DNA of 64,000 nucleotides from Chiloscyllium plagiosum (taxonomy: Eukaryota), in NCBI RefSeq assembly GCF_004010195.1, contig NC_057718.1:85614664-85678663 (forward strand), in the 5' to 3' direction. Shown in pieces: positions 37,866-50,453 of this stretch. The first letter of the stretch is position 1, and each line of letters starts with the position of its first letter. The translations under genes were made by a program, and so were the position numbers. Under the pieces are notes generated by a model. It was given only the letters and a program-made list of their open reading frames with translations, made no database searches and was not told where the DNA came from.

Positions 37866-39985
37866 GGGCCAACTTACTGGTCTATAGTTCCCAGGCTTTT
37901 CTTTGCAGCCCTTCTTGAATAATGACACAACATTCGCTACCCTCCAGTCTTCCGGGATCTCACCCATGGCTAACTATGATGCAAAACTATCAGCTAGGGG
38001 CCCGGCAAATTCTTTTCTAGCCTCTTGGATCTATCTAGTCAGGACCAGGAGATTTATCCACCTTCATACATTCTAATACACCTCTACTGTGATATGGACA
38101 GTAGAGGTATCACCAAGGTATCACCACTAACTTCCCTAAGTCTTCATGTCTTTCTCCACGGTAAACACAGGAGAAATATTCATTGAGAACCTCGCTGATC
38201 TTCTGCGGTTCTACACATACATGTTCACATTGGTCCTTGAGGGGCCATATTCTCTCTCTAGTTATTCTTTTTCCTTTCATATACTTAAAATACCTCTTTG
38301 GATTCACCCTAATCTTCTCAACCAAGGCTATCTTGTTCCCCCTTTTCACCCTCCTGGTTTTCTTCTTCACGAAACTCCTGTATCCCCCTATGTGCCTCCC
38401 TTGATCTCAGTTGCCTGTACCTGAGCCATGCCTCCATTTTTTTTTCCTGGTCAAAGCCTCAATATCTGTCATCATCCAGGGTTCACTATTCCTACCAAAC
38501 TTGCCCTTCACCCTCACAGGAACATGTGGACTTTGAACTCGAGATATCTCACTTTTAAAGGCCTCCCACATGCCAGAGGTCCCTTTGTCTGCAAACAAAC
38601 TACTCCAATCAACCCCTGCAAGCTCCTGCCTAATTTCATCAAAATTCACCCTGCCCCAATTTAGAACTTGAATCTGTGGACAAGTTTTGTCCCTCTCCAA
38701 ACCTACTTTAAAATTAATAGAATTATGGTCATTGGTGCTAAAGTCCCACCCCACCCCACCACTGTCACCTCCATCATCTGTCTTCCCTATTTCCCAAGAG
38801 TAGGTCGAGTTTTGGCCCTTCCCAAATCAGGCCCTCTATATACTGCCTGAGGAAAATTTTCTGAATGCACTTAAATTCCACCCCATCTAAGCTCTTAATG
38901 CTCTGGCAGTCCCAGTCTACATTAGGAAAATTAAAATCCCTTACTATGGTAATCCTATTGCGCCTGCAATCTCCCCAGTCTCCCTGCATATTTGTTCCTC
39001 TAATTCCCATTGATTATTTGGGGGCCTACAGTATGACCCCCCAGTAATGTCACCCTCCCCTTATTTCTTAGCTTCACCCACAAAGCCTCACCAGATAATC
39101 CTTCAGTTATTTCATCTCTGATTACTACTCGCCTTATCAAAAATGCAACTCCCCCTCCCTTCCTCCCAGCACCTATGTCCTGCCTAAAGCACCTTCATCC
39201 TGGTACATTAAGCTGTTAGTCCTGTTCCTCCCTTAGCCATGTTCCTGTAATGGCTATAATCTCCCAGTCCTATTACCTATCCATTCCCTGAGTTCATTGG
39301 CCTTACCTGCCAGTCTCTTGCATTGAAATAAATGCAATTTAATCTAACAGGCATTCCTTGCTCCCTGTGATGTTCCAGCCTGACCTGACTCTTCAACTTG
39401 CTATTTCTGATTACGGTATCTCCTTCCAGCCTCGCACTTGCATCCCTGCTGTTCAGGATCCCACCTCCGTCAATCTAGTTTAAACCCTCTCCTTATAGCA
39501 CTAGCAAACCTGACCACCAAGATATTGGTCCCCCTTCAGTTCAGGTGCAACCCATCTCTCTTGAACAGGTCACATCTGCCCCAGAAAGGGTCCCAATGGG
39601 CTAAAGATTTGAATCCCTGTCCCCGTACCAATTCTTTAGCCACATATTCATCTGCCATATCCTCCTAGCACATAGTTTTAGAAGTAATCCAGGAGATTGC
39701 CACTTTTGAGGTCCTGGTTTTTAACTTATTTCCTATTTCTCTACAATCACTCTGCAGCACCTTATCCTTATTTCTACCTATGTCGTTTCTGCAGACATGC
39801 ACAATGACTTCTTGCTGCTCACCCTCCCCCTTGAGAATGGAGGTCCTGTTAACATTTACCCTTTCCCGCTGTGCCCCAGAGCCAGTCGTAGTGCCACCAA
39901 CCTGGCTACCACTGCTTCCCCCTGAACAGTCATCCTCCCCAACAGTATCCAAAATGGTATACTTGTTTGAGGGGAATGGCCACAA
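37866..39985 (-). mobile_element. CR1 LINE (ORF1, endonuclease, start of RT), opposite orientation
   Basis: DWRVANVVSLFKKG.KEKPGNYRPVS, DFNFPNVDW, LDLLLGN, VIVHVCRNDIGR. Confidence 0.85.
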
Positions 39986-40004
39986 GGGAGGTGTGACCAC
40001 CTCA

Positions 40005-41420
40005 GTCAAAAAGTGTGGTGCTGGAAAAGCACAGCAGGTCAGGCAGCATCCGAGGAGCAGGCGAATTGACGGTTCAGGCATAAGCCTTCATCAGGAATGT
40101 TGTGAGGGGGCAAGAGAGCTGAGAGATAAATAGGAGGGTGTGGCTGGGGCTGGGGGAGGAAGATAGCTGGGAATATGATAGGTGGGGGGGGGGGGGGGTG
40201 ATGGTGATAAGTCAGAGTGGAGGGTGGAGCAGATAGGTGGGAAGGAAGATGGACACGTAGGACAGTTCAAGTGGGCGGTGCTGAGTCTGAGAGTTGGATC
40301 TGGGATAAAGGTGGGGGAGGGGAGATGAAGAAACTAGTGAAATCCACGTTGATGCCGTGCGACCAGCTCACTAAAACTCTTAACTATGATGTGCTCAGCA
40401 TCTCAGTAGCTCCCTAGCATCATCTCCCAGAAGTTGCAGCTGGGTGCACTCCCCACAGGTGTAGTCACCAGGGACAATGGAAGTCTCCCTGAGCTTTCAC
40501 ATCCTGCAAGGGGAACGTGCAACTGCCCTAACTGCCATTTTAACTGCCAGTTTATTGTAAAACTAAACAAGTTAAAAGGACTTTACCTGAGTTTACCTGA
40601 ACGTTTTGCTGAGCCACTACTCTCCGAAGCCTCTTGAAGGCAGTTGATAGATTAAGGTGGATGGGGGGAGAGGGGTGATGGTGATATGTCAGAGTGGAGG
40701 GTGGAGCAGTTAGGTGGGAAGGAAAATGGATAGGTAAGACAGTTCAAGAGAGTGGTGCCGAGTTGGAGGGTTGGATCTGGCATAAGATGAGGGTAGGGAA
40801 GATGAGGAAACTTGTGAAGTCAACATAGACGCCGTGTGGTTGGATGGTCCCAAGGTAGAAGATGAGGCATTCTTCCTCCAGATGTCAGATGGCTAGGATT
40901 TGGCAGTAGAGTGGGAGGGGGAGTTGAAGTGGTAGGCCACAGGGCAGTGGGGTTGTTTGGTGCATGTGTCCTGGAGATGTTCACTGAAACATTCTGCAAG
41001 TTGGTGTCCTGTCTCCCCAACGTAGAGGGGGCCACTTTGAGAGCAACAGACACAGTAGATTAAGTGTTTGGATGTGCAGGATAGTCTCTGCCAGATGTGG
41101 AAGGATCCTTTAGGGCCTTGGATGGAGGTGAGGGGGGAGGTGTGGGTGTAGGTTTCACACCTCTTGTGGTGGCAAGGGAAAGTGCTGGGAGTGGAGGGTG
41201 GGTTGGTGGGGGTCATGGACCTAACGAGAGAGTTGCAGAAGAATTGATCTCTGCAGAACGCTGATAAGAGTGGGGAGGAAATATATATCTGCTGGTGGGG
41301 TCTGATTGTGGGTGGCAGAAATGGCAAGGGATGATGTGTTGTATCTGGAGATTAGTGGGTGGAAGGTGAGGACTGGGGTGGGGGTGGGGGTTTCTGTCCT
41401 TGTTGCAGCTGAAGGGATGA
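40005..41420 (-). mobile_element. Penelope-like fragments including the GIY-YIG endonuclease
   Basis: FHIWQRLSCTSKHLIYCVCCSQSGPLYVGETG (GIY-YIG) and PVAYHFNSPSHS; terminal repeat with degenerate hammerhead at about 40068-40093. Confidence 0.8.
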
Positions 41421-41869
41421 GGCTCAAGGGCCTCCACCTTCATCTACCTATTGCCGTCCAAGCCACCTTCCCCCCACCCAACATCTCTCTTATTTATCTC
41501 TCAGCCCCTAACATATTCCTGATTGAGAGCTTATACCTTATTGGTTGACTGTCCTGCTCCTCAGATGCTACCTGACATGTTGTGCATTTTCACCCTTTCT
41601 TTAATTTCAAAATTATACTTTATTCATAAAATAAAGGCCACCCTTTCACTCTCCTCTTCAGTGCATATAACTGGTTGTCCTCTATTAGTCACTTGTCTGC
41701 ACTTGAACTCAGCGTGTGACTTGCTGACAACCTTATGCTGGGAGTGGTAACTGCACCAATGCAGATTTCCTTTTTTTTATTTCAAAAATATACTTTATTC
41801 ATAAAATAATTTTATAGTCTGTACAGTTGGTCATGCCATACATACGTAAACATTTGCATACAGAGATCA

Positions 41870-42515
41870 GAAAGTTGCCACCCAGGTTGCTGGGTTGTTA
41901 AGAAGGTAGGTGTGCTAGCTTTTATTAGTAGAGGGATTGAGTTTCAGAGCATGAGGTCATGCTGCAACTGTACAAAACTCCTTTCTGGCCGCACTTGGAG
42001 TATTGTGTACAGTTCTGGTCACCATATTATAGGAAGGATGTGGAAGCTTTGGAAAGGGTTCTGAGGAGATTTACCAGGATGTATGGAGGAAAGGTCTTAT
42101 GAGGAAAGGCTGAGGGACTTGAGACTGTTTTCGTTAGAGAGAAGATGGTTGACTTTAATTGAGACATATAAGATAATCAGAGGGTTAGATAGGGTGACAG
42201 TGAGAGCCTTTTTCCTCAGATGGTGATGGCTAGCCTGAGGGGACATAGCTTTAAATTGAGTGGTGATAGATATATGACAAATGTCAGAGGTGGTTTCTTT
42301 ACTCAAGGAGTAGTAGGGACGTGAAACGCACTGCCTGCAACAATAGTGGACTCTCCAACTTTAAGGGCATTTAAATGGTCTTTAAATGGATAGACATATG
42401 GATAAAAGTTGAATGGTGTAGGGGGTTAGATGAACTTCAGATTGGTATGACAGGTCGGTGCAACATCGAGGGCCGAAGGGCCTGTATTGCGCTGTAATGT
42501 TCTATGTTCTATGTT
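41870..42515 (+). mobile_element. CR1 LINE 3' end
   Basis: PHLEYCVQFWSPYYRKDV motif and (TTCTATG)n tail. Confidence 0.85.
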
Positions 42516-43630
42516 CAAAGGTCATGGGGAAAAAGCAGGAAAATGGGGTTGAAAAACCTATCAGTCATGATTTGATGGACTGAATGACCTAATTTCTGCT
42601 CCTATGTTTTCAGGTCTTATGATCTTGATAGTCGTAGAGGTTCAGTAATATTTAACTTGCAATGCCAATAGCACCATGAAGGGTGTGAAAAATGTCTGCA
42701 ATGCCAAACTGGAGGAACTGTAGGTCTTGAGGATGTTACAGAGATATTCTAGAGCTTGGAACATGTGAGGCCACGTAGAGACATAAATATAAGGATGTGA
42801 ATTTTTTAAACAATTGAATAAATGGGCAACAGACCTTTAGAAAAGCTCAAATTTATAGAGAGTTGAAATGGGAGATCAATCAGGACAACATTGGAATAGT
42901 GAAACCTGAAGGTAAAAAAAGGCATAGACGGCGATGTTCCTCTGCCTTGGTAAAGCAGCCATGTCGAGGGGCTAATTTGAACTAAGTCTCAATGACTTCC
43001 AAATATTTTTCTGGATGCAAACGTAAGCCATTACAAATATTAACTGTTCTGGAGTCAAAACTGCTGTGGAAGTTATGTCGATGCAATGTGCTAGGAATCT
43101 GGCATGATCTGGCAGTATTGCTTCATATGATTTTGCAATTGCAAATGATCAGCCATGTGGAAGTATTGATCTAGAAACTGCTGCTGGTAACATCAGCTTT
43201 CAAGCTCTTTTGCACAATCCATTCCTGCTTTTTTAAAAGCACAGACGTTAACTTGTTTATCATGAGCCCTCACCGGAGTAACCAATGCAGGAAAACCTTT
43301 CAAATACTTGCTGAAATCACAGAATCAATGCTGGAAACCATGCCTTTGATTTTATTGGCTTTGATTATCTCCAGCTTCAAGTGCTGGCATTATGCTTGTA
43401 CACTGAAATGCAGTTGCTAATGTGATGATACCTAGATTGAAAGAACTGCCTTTCATAAACTCAGTGATCTGGATACAAGGAGAACTTACCCTGCATTTAT
43501 TCTTTGAAATAGTGCAAATACAATTTTCATGCCTAGCTGAGAGAGAAAATGGGACTTTGGTTTGACATGTGATTTGAAAGACTGTATTTCTACCAATGCA
43601 ACATCATGTGTAAGTATCAGTAACAGATTA

Positions 43631-44542
43631 CAGGCTGGAATCCCTCAACTGGGCATTTTGATAGAGAAATTACAGGGTGACCGATGAGCCAAGCCTGAAC
43701 TTCAAAGTTCAAGTCAACAAACTAGATTTGGGAAGAGGATGCAGATTAACCTTCTCAGTGCAGAGATGCTCTTTGTCCAAAACTATGCTTACGGCTTGGG
43801 TCAAATATATTATTATGAGAGGAGAGAAATGCAACCTCTGCTTGGCTTTCAAGATGTGCCTCTAATTCTTGATGGGGTGGAGCTGATGTTGGACTGGAGT
43901 GGACAAAGTTAACAATCACACAACACCAGGTTATAGTCTAACAGAGTCAAGATTAGTGTGGTGCTGGAAAAGCACAGCAGGTCAGGCAGCATCCGAGGAG
44001 CAGGAAAATCGACATTTCGGGCCGGAACCCTTCATCAGGAATGAGGCTGTGAGCCACAGGAATGGAAAGATAACTGGGATGGGGGTCAGGCTGGAATCCC
44101 TCAACTGGGCATTTTGATAGAGAAATTACAGGGTGACCGATGAGCCAAGCCTGAACTTCAAAGTTCAAGTCAACAAACTAGATTTGGGAAGAGGATGCAG
44201 ATTAACCTTCTCAGTGCAGAGATGCTCTTTGTCCAAAACTATGCTTACGGCTTGGGTCAAATATATTATTATGAGAGGAGAGAAATGCAACCTCTGCTTG
44301 GCTTTCAAGATGTGCCTCTAATTCTTGATGGGGCGGAGCTGATGTTGGACTGGAGTGGACAAAGTTAACAATCACACAACACCAGGTTATAGTTTAACAG
44401 AGTCAAGATTAGTGTGGTGCTGGAAAAGCACAGCAGGTCAGGCAGCATCCGAGGAGCAGGAAAATCGACATTTCGGGCCGGAACCCTTCATCAGGAATGA
44501 GGCTGTGAGCCTCAGGGGTGGAAAGATAACTGGGATGGGGGT
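43631..44542. repeat. Tandem duplication, 2 x 456 bp
   Basis: 43631-44086 is repeated at 44087-44542 with about 5 mismatches; each unit ends in a Penelope terminus. Confidence 0.9.
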
Positions 44543-45789
44543 GGGGCTGGGGAGAAGGTAACTGTGCAGGTAGCAATCCATTGCACTCCCAGCTACCTTC
44601 TCCCCAGCCCCACTTCCCCTCCCATTTATCTCTCCACCCCCGAGGCTCCCAGCCTCATTCCTGATTAAGGTCTCCAGCCTGAAATGTCGATTTTCCTGTT
44701 CCTCGGATGCTGCCTGACCTGCTGTGCTTTTCCAGCATCACTCTAATCTTGACTCTAATCTCCAGAATCTGCAGTCCTCACTTTCGTATCGTCTAACAGA
44801 TTCATTTGGAAGCACTGGCCTGGAGTTGTGTAATCTAATTGCTGTGATCTTGTGAGGAGAGTTACACATTATTGATGTTTTGCAATGTCTTTCAACAGCT
44901 TCCCATTAGTCGAGGTGTAACAGAGGGAGGAAATATAACAGACGGCTCTCTGATTCCACCCTCCCCTCCCAGTATTAGTACAGGAAGTGTGACTGATGAC
45001 TGAAACTGACTTGGACCTTGCCGAATAATTGTTGCAGTGGCTTCGGCACATTGTCAGTGTTCTCCAGTTTTGTCAGGAACAAGTGTGAAACTGAGATGTG
45101 CCTGCTCTGTCCTTTCTATAGGAAGCCATTACCCATCTAGGCTAAACAAGAGAAACGGAGACTAAATAAGGCACTAAAATACAGGGCTTTGTTCAAACTG
45201 TCTTTACACCAACAACACTTTCTCCTTGTAACCTTGAGTTTCTCCCAAAATGTTAGCCGTGGTTCAATGGCAATACTGTCACCTCAGAGGCAGACAATCT
45301 AGGTGCCACTGTGGAAATTTAAACAGAAAGTGTTGAAGTTTCATCCGAGAAGCTGGAAATAGATGCTGGGGTCAGTTTTCATGTCAGAAACCCGCCTCTG
45401 AGGAAAACTAATTAAAATTAAAGTTTTCATGTGAATATGAGTTCAGAGTTGGAGTGGAGACAAGTTCCCTCCAACACATCCCCAACTTCAGTTCATGAGA
45501 TTCATTGAGGCTGACAAGTCTATCCTTGTGGATGACATGTAAAAGTGAACCCCTTTCAGCCTTCGAAAGGGACATTAATGTTTATCTTGTCATCGTGGTA
45601 ACATTACGGAATGGAGCAGGGGCAGCCTGACCAATGCTGGTTCCTCAGCCACCAAATAGCGAAACAGATGAACTGATTATTTATGTCAGTTATGCCACTG
45701 GGAGCTTACTATGTGTAAATTGGCTGCTGCATTATCACATTGTGGGCAGCCCACAGCCTGGAGCACTTAACATTGAGTTCTCCAATTTC

Positions 45790-48320
45790 AGATAACCTCC
45801 TTGGTTATTTGAAAGGAGGGAAAGGAGCAGTTACCAAGGGAAGATATTTTATCAGATAGGAGTTGGGAAGTACAGACTGGGAGCAATTGTTCCACAGAAA
45901 CGGCACAGCAGACATATGGAGACTGTTTGAGATGCAGTTGTTGCGAGTGATGTATGAATGTGTTCCTCTGAGACAGATAAGAAGGGGTGAGAGTAAGGAA
46001 CCTTGGATGGCAAGAACAGAGGAGCTTCTCATCAAAAGGAAGAAGGCAGCTTATGTAAGGTGGAGGAAGCAAGGATCTAGCATAGCTTTAGAGGATTACA
46101 GGCTTGTTAGAAAGGAGCTCAGAAATGGACTGAGGAGAGACAAGAGGGGGCATAAAAAAGGCTTCACAAGAAGGGTCAGGGAAAACCCAAAGGCATTTTA
46201 CTCATATGTGAGGAATAAGAGAATGATCAGGGAGTAGGTAGGGCCAGTCAGGGATAGCAGAGGGAACTTGTGCATGGAGTCTGAGCAGATAGGGGAAGCC
46301 CTAAATGAGTTTTTTGCTTTGGTTTTCACTAAGGAAAGGGACCTTGTTGTGAATGAGAACTTTGAGGAGCTGGGATACAGGCTTGAACAGATCAAGATTT
46401 AGAAGTTGATGTGCTGGAAATTTTGGTAAACATTAAGATTAATAAGTCCCCCGGGCCAGACCAGATTTATCCCAGGCTTCTCCGGGAAGTGAGAAAGGAG
46501 GTTGCTAAGCCACTGGTGAAGATCTTTGCCTCCTCACTCTCCACGGGAGTCGTACTGGAGGTTTGGAAGGAGGCGAATGTTGTTCCTCTTTTCAAGAAGG
46601 GTAACAGGGAAATCCCTGATAATCACACATCAGTCAGTCTTACGTCTGTGGTCAGTAAAGTTTTGGAAAGAATTCTGAGAGATAGGATTTATGAGTGTTT
46701 GGAAAATCATAGCATGATTAAACACAGTCCGAATGGCTTTGTGAGGGGCAGGTCATGCCTTACAAATCTTATTAAGTTCTTTGGGGAGGTGACAAGACAG
46801 GTCAACGAAGGTCGAGCAGTGGATGTGGTGTATATGAACTTCAGCAAAGCACTTGATAAGGTTCCCAACGGTAGGTTCATTCATAAAGTCAGGAAGTATG
46901 GGATACAGGGAGATTTGGCTATCTGGATTCAGAATTGGCTGGCTGACAGAAGGCAGAGAGTGGTTGTAGATGGAAAGTAGTCTGCCTGGAGGTCAGTGTT
47001 GAGTGGGGTCCCTCAGGGCTCTGTTCTTGGGCCTCTGCTCTTTGTAGTTTTTATAAATGACTTGGATGAGGAGGTTGAGGGGTGCATTAGTAAATTTGCC
47101 AATGACACAAAGGTTTGAGGTTCTGTCGATAGTATTGAGGGCTATTGCAGGCTGCAGCGCAACATAGACAGGATGCAAAACTGGGCTGTGAAATGGCAGA
47201 TGGAGTTCAACCTGGATAAATGTGAAGTGATGCATTTTGGAAGGTCGAACTCGAATGCTAAATATAGGATCAAAGACAGGATTCTTGGCAGTGTGGAGGA
47301 ACAGAGGGATCTTGGTGTTCAAGTATATACATCCCTCAAAGTTGCCACCCAAGTGGTTAGGGTTTCTAAGAAAACATACTGTGTTTTGGCCTTCATTAAC
47401 AGGGTGATCGAGTTTAAGAGCCGTGAGGTTTTGCTACAGCTCTACAGGATTTGCTATAGCCAAATCTCCCTGTATCCCATACTTCCTGACTTTATGAATG
47501 AACCTACCATTGGGAACCTTATCAAGTGCTTTGCTGAAGTTCATATACACCACATCCACTGCTCGACCTTCGTTGACCTGTCTTGTCACCTCCCCAAAGA
47601 ACTTAATAAGATTTGTGAGGCATGACCTGCCCCTCACAAAGCGATTCGGACTGTGTTTAATCATGCTATGATTTTCCAAACACTCATAAATCCTATCTCT
47701 CAGAATTCTTTCCAAAACTTTACTGACCACAGACGTAAGACTGATTGATCTGTGATTGTCAGGGATTTCCCTGTTACCCTTCTTGAAAAGAGGAAACCAT
47801 TCGCCTCCTTCCAATCCTCTACACTTGGAATATTGTGTCCAGTACTGGTCGCTCTACTATAGGAAAGATAAGAGGCTTTAGAGAGGGTGCAAAGAAGGTT
47901 TAACAGGATGCTGCCTGGACTGGGGGTACTTGCCTTATGAAGAGAGATTGACTAAGCTCGGACTTTTCTCTCTGGAGAGAAGGAGGAAGAGAGGTGACCT
48001 GATCGAGGTGTACAAAATAATGGTAGAGTCAATAGCCGGAGACTTTTCCTAAGATATTAGGAGAAAGGTACAGAGGGGATGTCAGAGGAAGGTTCTTTAC
48101 ACAGAGAGTTGTGAATACATGGAATGAGTTGCCAGCGGTGGTGGTGGAAGCAGAGTCATTTGGGACATTTATGCGACTGCTGGACATGCACATGGTTAGC
48201 AGTGAATTGAGGGGTGCGTAGGTTAAGTTATTTTATTTTACACTTGGATTACTCCTCGGCACAACACCATGGGCTAAAGGGCCTGTTCTGTGCTGTACTT
48301 TTCTATGTTCTATGTTGTAT
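45790..48320 (+). mobile_element. CR1 LINE ORF2 with an internal inverted self-copy (47456-47819)
   Basis: [36 protein letters not shown] and (TTCTATG)n tail; 47456-47819 is the reverse complement of about 46558-46922. Confidence 0.9.
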
Positions 48321-48840
48321 GTTCCCCATCCCCGACTCCCTTCCCAGCCCTTCCCTCTCCCAACCACTGCTCCGTGCCACCAATTGGATTCAATCCCCTC
48401 CATTGACCAACCAGGTTGTACCCTCTACCTGTCTCCACCTATCCCCACTTCACCAACCTGCCCCAACCTCCCCCTTATCTGCAGCTCCCCCCACGTCCAC
48501 CTGAAGTCCTGAAGAAGGGTTACACCCACAACATGCACCTCCTGATGCTGCTTGGCTTGCTGTGTTCTGCCAGCCTCCTGCCAGTCTGTTTCAGATTCCA
48601 GCATCTGCAATTTTTTTTTTTTGACTCTAACCAAGCATTATCACATTAGAACAGTGGCTACATTTCAAAAGTACTTCACTGACTGTGAAGATTTTCGTGA
48701 TGCCTGAAGGCATAATATGAATGCAAGCTTTTCTTTCTCATTTCTATTCCCTGTATACACAGAATGCTTTCAGGTCTCTTTTGGAGCTTTCCCTAACTAT
48801 TCAGTGAACTTCAGTCCTATCTAATCACAGCATCCATACA

Positions 48841-49112
48841 TGGTGGCTCAGTGGTTAGCACTGCTGCCTCACAGTGCTATGGACCTGGGTTGATTCTAGC
48901 CATGGGTGACTGTCTGTGTAGAGTTTGCACATTCTCCCTGTGTCTGTGTGGGTTTCCTCCCCCAGTCTAAAGATGTGTAAGTTAGTTGAATTGGCCATGC
49001 TAAATTACCCATAGTGTGCAGGTTGGATGCATTGATCTGGGTGGGTTACTCTTCAGTGGGTTGGTGTGGACTTGTGGGGCCAAAGGGTTTCCACACTGTA
49101 GGGATTCTATTC
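48841..49112 (+). mobile_element. HE1 SINE
   Basis: GGTGGCTCAGTGGTTAGCACTGCTGCC A box, V-domain and CR1-like tail. Confidence 0.8.
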
Positions 49113-49240
49113 TATAAAACTTTATGCATTCATACTTATGCAAAGTGGGTTCTATCTCTTCAACTAATGATATAGTCTCATTGATATTTTCCAGAGAGGT
49201 GTCTTCAGCTAAGAATACCTGTAGTGGAATCAGAAAGAAG

Positions 49241-50453
49241 TGTTACAGATATTGATATAGTTCTATCTTCTAACTAACTTCTAGCATTAGTTTTTATTAA
49301 AGGTTTCTATCAGGAAAGACTGGGATTCTGTGTGAGGGTTATTATTCAGTCAGTCTACTCCACCCTCTGGGAAATCAACCTCAGAGAGACCAATGCTCAG
49401 CATTGATTCGGATTGGCTGCTGATTGGTTATCTTCCATGCTGCAGAAAACCACCCGAACCTCAGAGCCCATGACTTCGTAACAGGGGGGCAAAGGACCAG
49501 TGAGAAAAATTACAATCTGGAAGGAAAGTCGAGGGGCTGGACTTGTAAAGCCTTGTGTGGGAAGTGAGGTCTGGGAAAGGATTGTTCCCCGAGAAGTGCC
49601 CACAGGGGGGGGAACCACAGGGACACTGCTTGAAGCAAAGTCCGGATAAATTGTGACTAGAGCAGGAAAGGTCAAACTGGAAGGCTGTTTTTGGTGAGGA
49701 GCCATATTGTGGATGTCCGATTGGTAGGGTACCATGAGAAGACTACCCAGAAGGGGGAGTGTGTTGTTGGAAAAGGACAGAAGTCAGGCAGCATCCGAGG
49801 AGCAGGAAAATTGATGGAGACCTTCATCAGGAATGGGGCTGGGAGTCTTGAGGGTGGAGAGATATCTCTCCAGATCTGCTGTGCTTTTCCAGTAACACAG
49901 TCTCAACTCTGATCTCCAGCATCTGCAGAGCTCACTGTCTACCCAGAAGGAGGAACCAAAGCAACTCTCATCAAAGGTTTAAGCTCTTAGCTCACTAAAC
50001 TGCCATAGAGCTGCACAGAGGGGGTTAGTTCATTGAGAAGTCGGAACTGCTAGCCTGAGATTCAAATACTCTGAATCCAGCCACATGACTTACCACCTTT
50101 CTCTCTTTCAATCTCTAACCTAATATCTAACCTGCATAGTAACCTTTTGTCTTGTCTGTCAGGTTTAAGTGCCGGCTTTGGAAAAGGGAGGATTTTAGTG
50201 ATTTTTCAGAGTTTGTATCATTGCTATTACTAGAATTTTGTCAAGTGCTTTTCGTTATTAATAAATAGTTATTCCTGTTTAATGTAAAACAATATCAGAA
50301 GTCTTTGCAATAGGTATAGCTCCGGGGCAGTAAATCGAGGGACAGGTCAATTGTGAGGAGTTATTGTGATAACATTGCAAAACTTTCATCATATATTACT
50401 GACCAGTGGTTCTCCACTTGTTTGTCCGTGTGGTTAATACAGGGTCTGTGACA
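49241..50453. mobile_element. Possible solo LTR with nested Penelope insert (49755-49938, TSD CTACCCAGAAGG)
   Basis: TGTTACAGA...TCTGTGACA terminal inverted repeat (8/9) and AATAAA near 50260; no clear outer TSD. Confidence 0.4.
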
